64,000 nucleotides of DNA from Macrostomum lignano (lineage: Eukaryota). Positions 1 through 13,050 of this stretch are shown here, in pieces. Below the pieces are notes generated by a model. The model made no database searches. It was not told where the DNA came from and saw nothing but the letters and a program-made list of their open reading frames with translations. The stretch is taken from positions 62,001 through 126,000 of the forward strand of contig NIVC01002407.1 in NCBI GenBank assembly GCA_002269645.1, in the 5' to 3' direction. Positions within the stretch are counted from its first letter, which is position 1. Each line of letters opens with the position of its first letter. The position numbers and the translations under genes were made by a program.

Positions 1-236
<236 letters not shown>

Positions 237-960
237 ATGCATTTTGCTGTAAACAACTGCAAAGAGGGGCAGCGTCCAGACAGTCATGAATAGCAAAGAG
301 GTGGTGGCAAAATATACCAGAAATATTCTCCAGGTCAGAAAGTGATAAAGATTGATGGGCCTCTGACCCAGTCAGAACTAATTGGTTTCTATTAAGATAC
401 AGCTTTGAACAATACAATGATGTGCGTTCTTTTGCTATCGAGGTGGCCTGAGGTTGTCAGCTAAAGTAATCATCCCTTCAGGTGTTCACGACGAGGCTTA
501 TATCCTTCTTCAGACGGCTGTGGATGGTCAACTTCAACAACAGTCCTGGTGGGATACAAGGAGCTGGTAGCATTAAAGTGATTTAATTGCTTCAAACAGA
601 CAACTGGATGAAACTGCTGATTTTATCGCTGGTATGGTTCAAGTCGAAGGTCAGATCTTTTTTAAAACTGTTCAGGTGAGCTAACAAACTCGAAAAATCA
701 GAAATCAAAATTGTCAATGAGAAGTTAACAGCTGCAGACTAAATGGCTTGTACGGGCAGGGGTATCTTTTCAAGATTGGATCCACTACCTCACAGGCAAG
801 AATATCCCTGACTGTTCTGTTAAACGTGCAGCTGTGTTTACTCAACTGAAAGCTCCTTGATTACTCTGCAACTCTATAAAGTCCAGATTCAATTCCAAAG
901 AGAGCTGACTGAGCTAAAGTCAATTTTTTGCGCATGGTTTTGACTCAAATTTGCGTTGGA

Positions 961-1565
961 ATGAAATCTTTGGGTCTTCTTCCGTTGTTTCTGGTCTGCC
1001 TGATCGGTGCGTCAGTTGGTAAGTGAAGATGGCTGCTGGATGAATGATGCAGCTTAACGTCTGCAAGCGAAAGTCCACTCGCCCCCGCCTTTCAGACGCC
1101 TGCCCGACGCTGTACCTGCAGACTCTTCGCGGTTACGAAGGCGTTCTGTCATCCAACTACGGCTTTCCGCAGAGGTGCAACGACCAATACGCGCACAACC
1201 TGAATTGCAGGTACGAGCTGGTCTCCGGGCGCAACAATCCCGGCCGAGGAGTGTACATCAGCTTCGCCTACTTCAATACCGAGCTCAGCTACGACAAGGT
1301 GTTTATTGAGTACACCAACACGCAGGGTCGCAACGTGACCGGCTACTTCTCTGGCAGCGTGGGCGGATTCAGCCGCGTGTTGGACTCTCAGAGGGGAACC
1401 CCAGTTCGACTGATTTTCATCACCGACCACTCCGTCAGTGCCTACGGCTTCCTGGTGAGGTTTAAGGTTGCCCCGGCAATGCGATTCAGACTTGGCGGCA
1501 CGTTTGAAGTTGACCAAAACGGACTCGAGGGCACTATTCGCGTTGACAGGGCTAAACGGAAGTGA
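961..1565 (+). CDS. Secreted single-CUB-domain protein, paralog 1 (175 aa; exons 961-1018, 1096-1565)
   Basis: ATG 961 opens a hydrophobic signal peptide MKSLGLLPLFLVCLIGASV. Phase-1 intron 1019-1095 (GTAAGT...CTTTCAG) joins in frame to DACPT. CUB motifs YAHNLNCRY, ISFAYFNTE..YDKVFI, FITDHSVSAYGFLVRF. Confidence 0.9.
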
Positions 1566-1720
1566 CAGGATGAGAGACATGTGGCAGATGCGCAGAGTTG
1601 TAACAACTGTTCAAATAAAAATATAAACATGTACGAGCCGTAGATGTATCTTTTCACAAATGGCCCACTCGCAATGCAAAAATTTAAAGCTTTTATTCGC
1701 CTTATTTATTTTTTTGACGA

Positions 1721-1902
1721 AGTTCTAGATCAATAGAATCTGGATAGGAAACCTCTTGCCGCAGCAATGGAGTTTTAGATCAATAGAATCTGGATAGGAA
1801 ACCTCTTGCCGCAGCAATGGAGTTCTAGATCAATAGAATCTGGAGAGGAAACCTCTTGCCGCAGCAATGGAGTTCTAGATCAATAGAATCTGGGGAGGAA
1901 AC
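1721..1902. repeat. 50-bp tandem repeat, about 3.6 copies
   Basis: Unit AGTTCTAGATCAATAGAATCTGGATAGGAAACCTCTTGCCGCAGCAATGG starts at 1721, 1771, 1821 and 1871 (partial). Confidence 0.95.
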
Positions 1903-2243
1903 TCAATACTCATTCTGATGTTAATGATTTACCATAGTGAATTCTGATAATTTTTTACATTCTAAGAGTTGCGAAACTTATGGTTCGTAATTTTGATACT
2001 ATCTGAATGTTGGCATATCATCAGTAAGCGATGTAAGAGAATTTTCATCGCTTTGGTTATTGAGACTTGTTCATTTTAAAACTTCTAATGAAAGATATGT
2101 TACCCTCCAAAACGTTACGAGCTCATGGACAACTAGAGTAGAAGGACGCTACACTCGCGAATCGTTTAAAATTGGCTGCAGGCCAAAATTCAAAAGTCAA
2201 TATCTCTTAATTGGCTGCATGAAAACTAAAAATTCTAGAAATT

Positions 2244-3130
2244 GAAGTTCTGGCCATCAGCTCCTGCACTGCAGAGCTTCTCGCCACTGGCGTTATTGGC
2301 AAGAACATCATTTTCCATTCGGACAGCCAAGCTGCCTTGCACGCCATCAGTGGCTGCAGCACTAACTCTGCTACAGTCCTCGACTGTATCAAACTCCTCA
2401 ATGTGTTGGGTTCCGCCAACAAAATTACCATTAAGTGGGTTCCGGGGCATGTGGGGATCCGAGGAAATGAGTTGGCTGACACCCTTGCAAAAGTTGGTGC
2501 CTCCGGCTCCTCTCTCGGCCCCGAACCTCTTGTCCCGATTCCTGGCTGTGTCATCGACTCGCGCATCAAAGCGTGGATCAGGACTCAGCACCGCTCGACT
2601 TGGGCGAACCGCACGAACTGCAGGCAATCCAGAGGCGCTGTCCCTCAGCCCTCTCACCAGCTCCGGAAGCTCCTCTTGCGCCTCTCGCGCAGAGACATCC
2701 GGGCTGCCACCATGACCCTCTCTGGTCACGGCTGCTTCTCCAGGCACCAGTACCTGCAGGGCAACGCCACCAACGCCACCTGTAGTTTCTGCAACTCAGG
2801 TGACGAAACCGCTGAGCATTTCGTCAGCATCTGTCCCGCCTTCAAGCGGGCCAGACTCACTTACCTCGGGCCACACACATCTATTACTGAAGCGTGCAAA
2901 CCCGAAAACTTTAACCAGCTCATGCGCTACCTTCGGGCCACCCGCAGGGCTGAACTCTCCTTTCCAGAGAGCACTATAGCTGCTGGCGACACTGGGGGAC
3001 CTCCCTGGGCGGCGCCAACCCTCCGTCCATAGCGACGCGTCGGCCGTTCAGGGACTAGCGGAATGGGCGCCCGCGCCTTCCCGCTGTGTCCCCTCCGGGA
3101 CAGCCCTGCAGCTAAGTCAAGTAAGTCAAG
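2244..3130 (+). mobile_element. 5'-truncated non-LTR retrotransposon (RNase H-bearing, I/Loa-like): RNase H C-half, C-terminal Cys/His motif and 3' UTR
   Basis: Open frame 2244-3032: EVLAI, FHSDSQAALHAI, IKWVPGHVGIRGNELADTLAK (RNase H), then LSGHG...CSFC...ETAEHFVSICP. Ends in a short tandem tail (AAGTCAAGT repeats, about 3114-3130). No TSD seen. Confidence 0.88.
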
Positions 3131-4230
3131 TGTTGTCTCTAGTAAAACGATTAATGCTCATCTTTGCTATTAATCGGCACTGAACATGTATAGAAAACTA
3201 TAATCAGTCAGAAAATAACGCAGTCGGAAGTCAAAACAGACCCATTCGGCCACACAAGCCACAGCTCCCTTCTAGTAGATTCTTTTATCTTGTGCCATCA
3301 GTAAAATATCTGATGCATAATCAGCTTATAAAAGCCGTATGAAAACAAGTGCGAATATGTATATTATATAGGCTTTAATATAGATCTAAAGGCGAAAGTT
3401 TTCGGATATATCAAAGAGTTGGAAGCAATTGAGATAAATATAACGATACTGTACATGAATTGTAGCAGAACTATATCAACAACGAAACAAAGAGTACTAT
3501 AATTATAAAGCAATAAGGCAATAAAGAAGATCTTGTGTAAAGTTTTATATAGCTATTGATCAAAAGACGAGAATTTTTGGCAATGTAAGGGCTGTTTTGG
3601 CCAATAGTGGCACAAAAGGACCAGTAAAGAAAAACTGTAGGTGGCACATTTTCTTTTGCGATGCTAGGAAACTTTTGTGACACAGTGGGGATAATTGTAG
3701 ATACTGAGGGGGGGGGCTCCAGATAGCTACTATATCACGTAGGGACGGTAGGGACTGAGGGAGGCATTATTCATTACTGAGCGTATGAGCATATTTAATC
3801 TGGTGCATTCTAGTAAATTCTTCACACTGCACCAACCACTTTGATGTCCATGCAGGTTCACCACTAGCCAACTTGTCAGATAGTAGTACTTTCCAGTCAC
3901 CAATCCTATCCATGTCATTGAATTACTCAAATTTAGCTGCCTATTTCGCATGAAAAATATTATATTCTTCTATCTCGCTAGTGTATTTACGCGAAAATTT
4001 GGCCTCCAGCCCGATTTCCACGAAAGCCGAGTGTAGCGTCCTTCTACTCTAGTTGTCCATGTACGAGCTACTAGCGTAATAATGCTTCGAAAATTTAAAC
4101 GTGACTTCCAAAATCGGGTTTTTGGAAAGCTCAGTTTTGGAAAACAATGAGTACGAGCGTAGCATTTCGGATAAAGTTTCTGATTTACTATAGTATTAGG
4201 AGCAACAAAACATTATGCAACTTTTTAGAC

Positions 4231-7200
4231 TATTTACAGAATCTGACACTCATTCAGACATCCTGACACGCATTTACAGAATCTGACACTCATTCAGACA
4301 TCCTGACACGCATTTACAGAATCTGACACTCATTCAGACATCCCGACACGCATTTACAGAATCTGACACTCATTCAGACATCCTGACACGCATTTACAGA
4401 ATCTGACACTCATTCAGACATCCTGACACGCATTTACAGAATCTGACACTCATTCAGACATCCTGACACGCATTTACAGAATCTGACACTCATTCAGACA
4501 TCCTGACACGCATTTACAGAATCTGACACTCATTCAGACATCCTGACACGCATTTACAGAATCTGACACTCATTCAGACATCCTGACACGTATTTACAGA
4601 ATCTGACACTCATTCAGACATCCTGACACGCATTTACAGAATCTGACACTCATTCAGACATCCTGACACGCATTTACAAAATCCGATACTCATTCAGACA
4701 TCCTGACACGCATTTACAGAATCTGACACTCATTCAGACATCCTGACACGCATTTACAGAATCTGACACTCATTCAGACATCCTGACACGCATTTACAGA
4801 ATCTGACACTCATTCAGACATCCCGACACGCATTTACAGAATCTGACACTCATTCAGACATCCTGACACGCATTTACAGAATCTGACACTCATTCAGACA
4901 TCCTGACACGCATTTACAGAATCTGACACTCATTCAGACATCCTGACACGTGCTTACAGACTGTGACACTCATTCAGACATCCTGACACGTATTTACAGA
5001 ATCTGACACTCATTCAGACATCCTGACACGCATTTACAGAATCTGACACTCATTCAGACATCCTGACACGCATTTACAAAATCTGATACTCATTCAGACA
5101 TCCTGACACGCATTTACAGAATCTGACACTCATTCAGACATCCCGACACGCATTTACAGAATCTGACACTCATTCAGACATCCTGACACGCATTTGCAGA
5201 ATCTGACACTCATTCAGACATCCTGACACGCATTTACAGAATCTGACACTCATTAAGACATCCTGATACGCATTTACAGAATCTGACACTCATTCAGACA
5301 TCCTGACACGTATTTACAGAATCTGACACTCATTCAGACATCCTGACACGCATTTACAGAATCTGACACTCATTCAGACATCCTGACACGCATTTACAAA
5401 ATCCGATACTCATTCAGACATCCTGACACGCATTTACAGAATCTGACACTCATTCAGACATCCTGACACGCATTTACAGAATCTGACACTCATTCAGACA
5501 TCCTGACACGCATTTACAGAATCTGACACTCATTCAGACATCCCGACACGCATTTACAGAATCTGACACTCATTCAGACATCCTGACACGCATTTACAGA
5601 ATCTGACACTCATTCAGACATCCTGACACGCATTTACAGAATCTGACACTCATTCAGACATCCTGACACGTGCTTACAGACTGTGACACTCATTCAGACA
5701 TCCTGACACGTATTTACAGAATCTGACACTCATTCAGACATCCTGACACGCATTTACAGAATCTGACACTCATTCAGACATCCTGACACGCATTTACAAA
5801 ATCTGATACTCATTCAGACATCCTGACACGCATTTACAGAATCTGACACTCATTCAGACATCCCGACACGCATTTACAGAATCTGACACTCATTCAGACA
5901 TCCTGACACGCATTTGCAGAATCTGACACTCATTCAGACATCCTGACACGCATTTACAGAATCTGACACTCATTAAGACATCCTGATACGTATTTACAGA
6001 ATCTGACACTCATTCAGACATCCTGACACGCATTTACAGAATCTGACACTCATTCAGACATCCTGACACGCATTTACAGAATCTGACACTCATTCAGACA
6101 TCCTGACACGTATTTACAGAATCTGACACTCATTCAGACATCCTGACACGCATATTTACAGAATCTGACACTCATTCAGACATCCTGACACGCATTTACA
6201 AAATCTGATACTCATTCAGACATCCTGACACGCATTTACAGAATCTGACACTCATTCAGACATCCTGACACGCATTTACAGAATCTGACACTCATTCAGA
6301 CATCCTGACACGCATTTACAGAATCTGACACTCATTCAGACATCCTGACACGCATTTACAGAATCTGACACTCATTCAGACATCCTGACACGTATTTACA
6401 GAATCTGACACTCATTCAGACATCCTGACACGCATTTACAGAATCTGACACTCATTCAGACATCCTGACACGCATTTACAAAATCCGATACTCATTCAGA
6501 CATCCTGACACGCATTTACAGAATCTGACACTCATTCAGACATCCTGACACGCATTTACAGAATCTGACACTCATTCAGACATCCTGACACGTATTTACA
6601 GAATCTGACACTCATTCAGACATCCTGACACGCATTTACAAAATCCGATACTCATTCAGACATCCTGACACGCATTTACAGAATCTGACACTCATTCAGA
6701 CATCCCGACACGCATTTACAGAATCTGACACTCATTCAGACATCCTGACACGCATTTACAAAATCCGATACTCATTCAGACATCCTGACACGCATTTACA
6801 GAATCTGACACTCATTCAGACATCCCGACACGCATTTACAGAATCTGACACTCATTCAGACATCCTGACACGCATTTGCAGAATCTGACACTCATTCAGA
6901 CATCCTGACACGCATTTACAGAATCTGACACTCATTCAGACATCCCGACACGCATTTACAGAATCTGACACTCATTCAGACATCCTGACACGTGCTTACA
7001 GACTGTGACACTCATTCAGACATCCTGACACGTATTTACAGAATCTGACACTCATTCAGACATCCTGACACGCATTTACAGACTGTGACACTCATTCAGA
7101 CATCCTGACACGCATTTACAGAATCTGACACTCATTCAGACATCCCGACACGCATTTACAGAATCTGACACTCATTCAGATATCCCGACACGCATTTACA

Positions 7201-10170
7201 GAATCTGACACTCATTCAGACATCCCGACACGCATTTACAGAATCTGACACTCATTCAGACATCCTGACACGCATTTACAGACTGTGACACTCATTCAGA
7301 CATCCTGACACGCATTTACAGAATCTGACACTCATTCAGACATCCTGACACGCATTTACAGAATCTGACACTCATTCAGACATCCTGACACGCATTTACA
7401 GAATCTGACACTCATTCAGACATCCTGACACGCATTTACAGAATCTGACACTCATTCAGACATCCTGACACGTATTTACAGAATCTGACACTCATTCAGA
7501 CATCCTGACACGCATTTACAGAATCTGACACTCATTCAGACATCCTGACACGTATTTACAGAATCTGACACTCATTCAGACATCCTGACACGCATTTACA
7601 GAATCTGACACTCATTCAGACATCCTGACACGCATTTACAGAATCTGACACTCATTCAGACATCCCGACACGCATTTACAGAATCTGACACTCATTCAGA
7701 CATCCCGACACGCATTTACAGAATCTGACACTCATTTAGACATCCTGACACGCATTTACAGAATCTGACACTCATTCAGACATCCCGACACGCATTTACA
7801 GAATCTGACACTCATTCAGACATCCTGACACGCATTTACAGAATCTGACACTCATTCAGACATCCTGACACGCATTTGCAGAATCTGACACTCATTCAGA
7901 CATCCTGACACGCATTTACAGAATCTGACACTCATTCAGACATCCCGACACGCATTTACAGAATCTGACACTCATTCAGACATCCCGACACGCATTTACA
8001 GAATCTGACACTCATTCAGACATCCTGACACGCATTTGCAGAATCTGACACTCATTCAGACATCCCGACACGCATTTACAGAATCTGACACTCATTCAGA
8101 CATCCTGACACGCATTTACAGAATCTGACACTCATTCAGACATCCTGACACGCATTTACAGAATCTGACACTCATTCAGACATCCTGACACGCATTTACA
8201 GAATCTGACACTCATTCAGACATCCTGACACGCATTTACAGAATCTGACACTCATTCAGACATCCTGACACGTGCTTACAGACTGTGACACTCATTCAGA
8301 CATCCTGACACGTATTTACAGAATCTGACACTCATTCAGACATCCTGACACGCATTTACAGAATCTGACACTCATTCAGACATCCTGACACGCATTTACA
8401 AAATCTGATACTCATTCAGACATCCTGACACGCATTTACAGAATCTGACACTCATTCAGACATCCCGACACGCATTTACAGAATCTGACACTCATTCAGA
8501 CATCCTGACACGCATTTGCAGAATCTGACACTCATTCAGACATCCTGACACGCATTTACAGAATCTGACACTCATTAAGACATCCTGATACGTATTTACA
8601 GAATCTGACACTCATTCAGACATCCTGACACGCATTTACAGAATCTGACACTCATTCAGACATCCTGACACGTATTTACAGAATCTGACACTCATTCAGA
8701 CATCCTGACACGCATTTACAGAATCTGACACTCATTCAGACATCCTGACACGTATTTACAGAATCTGACACTCATTCAGACATCCTGACACGCATTTACA
8801 GAATCTGACACTCATTCAGACATCCTGACACGCATTTACAAAATCTGATACTCATTCAGACATCCTGACACGTATTTACAGAATCTGACACTCATTCAGA
8901 CATCCCGACACGCATTTACAGAATCTGACACTCATTCAGACATCCTGACACGCATTTGCAGAATCTGACACTCATTCAGACATCCTGACACGCATTTACA
9001 GAATCTGACACTCATTCAGACATCCTGATACGTATTTACAGAATCTGACACTCATTCAGACATCCTGACACGCATTTACAGAATCTGACACTCATTCAGA
9101 CATCCTGACACGCATTTACAGAATCTGACACTCATTCAGACATCCTGACACGTATTTACAGAATCTGACACTCATTCAGACATCCTGACACGCATTTACA
9201 GAATCTGACACTCATTCAGACATCCTGACACGCATTTACAGACTGTGACACTCATTCAGACATCCTGACACGCATTTACAGAATCTGACACTCATTCAGA
9301 CATCCCGACACGCATTTACAGAATCTGACACTCATTCAGACATCCTGACACGCATTTGCAGAATCTGACACTCATTCAGACATCCTGACACGCATTTACA
9401 GAATCTGACACTCATTAAGACATCCTGATACGTATTTACAGAATCTGACACTCATTCAGACATCCTGACACGCATTTACAGAATCTGACACTCATTCAGA
9501 CATCCCGACACGCATTTACAAAATCCGATACTCATTCAGACATCCTGACACGCATTTACAGAATCTGACACTCATTCAGACATCCTGACACGCATTTACA
9601 GAATCTGACACTCATTCAGACATCCTGACACGCATTTACAGAATCTGACACTCATTCAGACATCCTGACACGCATTTACAGAATCTGACACTCATTCAGA
9701 CATCCTGACACGTATTTACAGAATCTGACACTCATTCAGACATCCTGACACGTATTTACAGAATCTGACACTCATTCAGACATCCTGACACGCATTTACA
9801 GAATCTGACACTCATTCAGATATCCTGACACGCATTTACAGACTCTGACACTCATTCAGACATCCTGACACGCATTTACAGAATCTGACACTCATTCAGA
9901 CATCCTGACACGTATTTACAGAATCTGACACTCATTCAGACATCCTGACACGCATTTACAGAATCTGACACTCATTCAGACATCCTGACACGCATTTACA
10001 GAATCTGACACTCATTCAGACATCCTGACGCGCATTTACAGAATTTGACACTCATTCAGACATCCTGACACGCATTTACAGAATCTGACACTCATTCAGA
10101 CATCCTGACACGTATTTACAGAATCTGACACTCATTCAGACATCCTGACACGAGCTTACAGACTGTGACA
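4231..10170. repeat. 40-bp satellite array, about 148 copies, with higher-order structure
   Basis: Unit CATTTACAGAATCTGACACTCATTCAGACATCCTGACACG. Diagnostic variants recur at 720-bp spacing; one 2-bp insertion near 6151. Confidence 0.98.
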
Positions 10171-10599
10171 GGGATTTTAGTGCCTTGGAATCTTTTAACT
10201 GATTTTTTCAGCCATTATCGCCTAAAAAGGAATGCGAATTTCAAAAGCCACCGACAGCCCATGCAGTTGTAACCTACTCAAACAGAGTAGTGCCTTGGTG
10301 AACCCAAAATGCCACTGGTTAAACGGAATGATTGATTCAGCAAATAAGTAAATTTGTTGTTGGGCCATAATTTAATTAAATCCGTGCAAGTCGCTCTAAT
10401 AGCTTGCTCAATGAAGCTTGATTTTTGTGAATAATGCAAGCAACAGAAGCAGGTGAGTCTACAAGGTGCTAATTGATTACCAATGCAGCAGCTAAAATCT
10501 TCAGGTCTATAAAAATCGGCGGGCTTGCAGTCGCGAAAAATTCTTCAATAAACTTGAACGGCGATTTATCGACAACAATTGCTGCGCCTATTGAAGAAA

Positions 10600-12000
10600 A
10601 TGAAGCTGCTGGGACTTCTGATTGCGACTATCGCGGTGTCTGTCGGTAAGTTTTCTTCTAGTAGGTTTGACAAGTGTCGCTCCCAGTGTCTAACAGGTAT
10701 CTCTCCCAGTGTCTAACAGGTATCGCTCCCAGTGTCTAACACTGTCGCTCCCAGTGTCTAACACTGTCGCTCCCAGTGTCTAACACTGTCGCTCCCAGTG
10801 TCTAACACTGTCGCTCCCAGTGTCTAACAGGTATCTCTCCCAGTGTCTAACAGGTATCGCTCCCATTGTCTAACACTGTCGCTCCCAGTGTCTAACACTG
10901 TCGCTCCCAGTGTCTAACAGGTATCTCTCCCAGTGTCTAACAGGTATCGCTCCCATTGTCTAACACTGTCGCTCCCAGTGTCTAACACTGTCGCTCCCAG
11001 TGTCTAACAGGTATCTCTCCCAATGTATAACAGGTATCGCTCCCAGTGTCTAACAGGCATCTCTCCCAGTTGACTAACAGGTATCGCTCTCAGTGTCTAG
11101 CAGGTATCGCTCCCAGTGTCCAACAGGTATCGCTCCCAGTGTCCAACAGGTATTGCTTTCAGTTTCTAAACAGCTATCGCTCCCAGTGTCTAACAGGCAT
11201 CGCTCCCAGTGTCTAACAGGTATCGCTCTCAGTGTCTAACAGGCATCTCTCCCAGTGACTAACAGGTATCTCTCCCAGTGACTAACAGGTATCGCTCTCA
11301 GTGTCTAACAGGTATCGCTCCCAGTGTCTAACAGGTATCGCTCCCAGTGTCCAACAGGTATCGCTCCCAGTGTCTAACAGGTATCGCTCCCAGTGTCCAA
11401 CAGGTATCGCTCCCAGTGTCTAACAGGTATCGCTCCCAGTGTCCAACAGGTATCGCTTCCAGTGTCTAACAGGTATCGCTCCCAGTGTCTAACAGGCATC
11501 GCTCTCCTGAAAATGCACCTTCAGACGCCTGCCCAACTCTGTTCCTCACGCCGGACCGGCAGAGCGGTGTCCTGTCCTCCAACTACGGCTATCCCCGCAG
11601 CTGCTCCAGAAACTACGTCAACAGGCTGGACTGCACCTACGAGCTGATCTCCGGTCGCAACAACTATGGCAACGGAGTCAATATCAGCTTCGCCTACTTT
11701 AGCGTCGAGACCCGGTACGATCGAGTTTACATCGAGTACACCAATTCCCGCGGCCAGCGGGTCACCGGCTACTTCACTGGCAGCGTGGGTGGCTTCAGCA
11801 GGCAGCTGCCGGCCATGCGCGGCACCCCCGTGACGCTCCGTTGGGTCACCGACCGCTCGGTCACCAGCGTCGGCTTCCTGCTGCGATTCAACAGCAGAAA
11901 CAGGTCGCCGGAGCGCCGCTTCCGCCTGGGCGGCACCGTGAACATCGTCGGCAACGAGGCTCGCGGCTCCTTCCGTATTGATCCATTCAAGAAGAAGTGA
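10600..12000 (+). CDS. Secreted single-CUB-domain protein, paralog 2 (173 aa; exons 10600-10645, 11525-12000)
   Basis: ATG 10600 opens MKLLGLLIATIAVSV. Phase-1 intron 10646-11524 (GTAAGT...CCTTCAG) is at the same position as in paralog 1. Exon 2 is colinear with paralog 1 (DACPT, GVLSSNYG, ISFAY, VTDRSV, RFRLGGT). Confidence 0.9.
10675..11505. repeat. 21-23-bp intronic minisatellite (CUB paralog 2 intron)
   Basis: Unit GTATCGCTCCCAGTGTCTAACAG with a 21-bp variant lacking AGGT; roughly 37 units. Confidence 0.95.
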
Positions 12001-13050
12001 ACTAGAAATAATTTTTCACTATGGCAGATTGCGCACAAAGATGAAATACTTTAGTTAATGCTGATTTACAGTACAGTTTCTGTTCCAACACTGGCCCGCA
12101 AGCTTTTTAAAAAAAATCTGACTTTTTGTTCTGTTATTTGCAGCATTCAGTTGAACTGGGAAAGAAGTTTTGGATTCTTCCTGGGTGGGTGGTGAGGATG
12201 AAGCGAACAACTCAGAGAGTAGACTGAGAGGTAAAACGGAGCAGAGTCGGAGCAAGTGCGAGCTCCGACTTAAGCTTCACGTCATTCGTCACGCCGTTTG
12301 GCTCTGGAATGAGCTCGCGCATTGAACTGGAGCGATAGAACGGCCCATGGCAACAGCTTGAGGCGAAATAGTTAAGTAAAATATCGTGGGAAATAGCTGA
12401 CGTTGACTCGCTGTAAACTCAACGTGCCGCCGCCGCCGAGCCGTCTGTTCATAAAGAATCCATGGCCCGTGTTGGTTTTGGCGCTTTGGCGTTCGACATA
12501 TCGGACAGAGCAGCGGAGACAGGCTGCAGTTTATTGCTGAGAACAAATTTAGACCCAGCCAAGGAGAGCTAGAAGAGCTGACGGCACATTTTTTGATCCA
12601 GGACTTCGATTCGGTTAAACCAATAATTATCAACACAGAAATAGACCGCATGGAACTCAAAAAGCTACGATGCTGAAGAAGACTTTTTTAACTCAATGTC
12701 ACCTTAAACTTGAAAATCGGTCTGGCAATAATAAATCTCTTCCGGCATCAAATCGTTTTGATGTCCAGCTCGAAAACGTAAAGATGTCTGTATTTTCAAA
12801 AAAATCAGTACACATAGCTCATAGTCAGAGAATGTTCGCCAAAATCGTTTTAACCGTGCCGAAGTTGCATTAAATTCAGTGAAATACGACACAAACTTTG
12901 TCTATTGGTTGTGTGTAAAAGGAAGCACTTCAGTCTCCGGCTCTGTGTCTCCATGGAGCAATTGACTGACTTAGAAGTTCTCTGTCAACTGGATGAAGCA
13001 TCAAATCGTTCAAATTTTATTAAGATTTATTAATTAGCTATTACGTACGG

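Noticed and set aside
239-900. Possible coding or transposase relic upstream of CUB paralog 1
   Set aside because: All frames I read have frequent stops and no recognisable motif.
3765-3925. Minus-strand 50-codon stretch DMDRIGDWKVLLSDKLASGEPAW...
   Set aside because: Bounded by stops, with no usable splice sites or recognisable family; at best a decayed TE fragment.
4231-10170. CRISPR-like array (regular units with a small internal palindrome)
   Set aside because: Units are head-to-tail with no unique spacers, there are no cas genes, and the context is eukaryotic.
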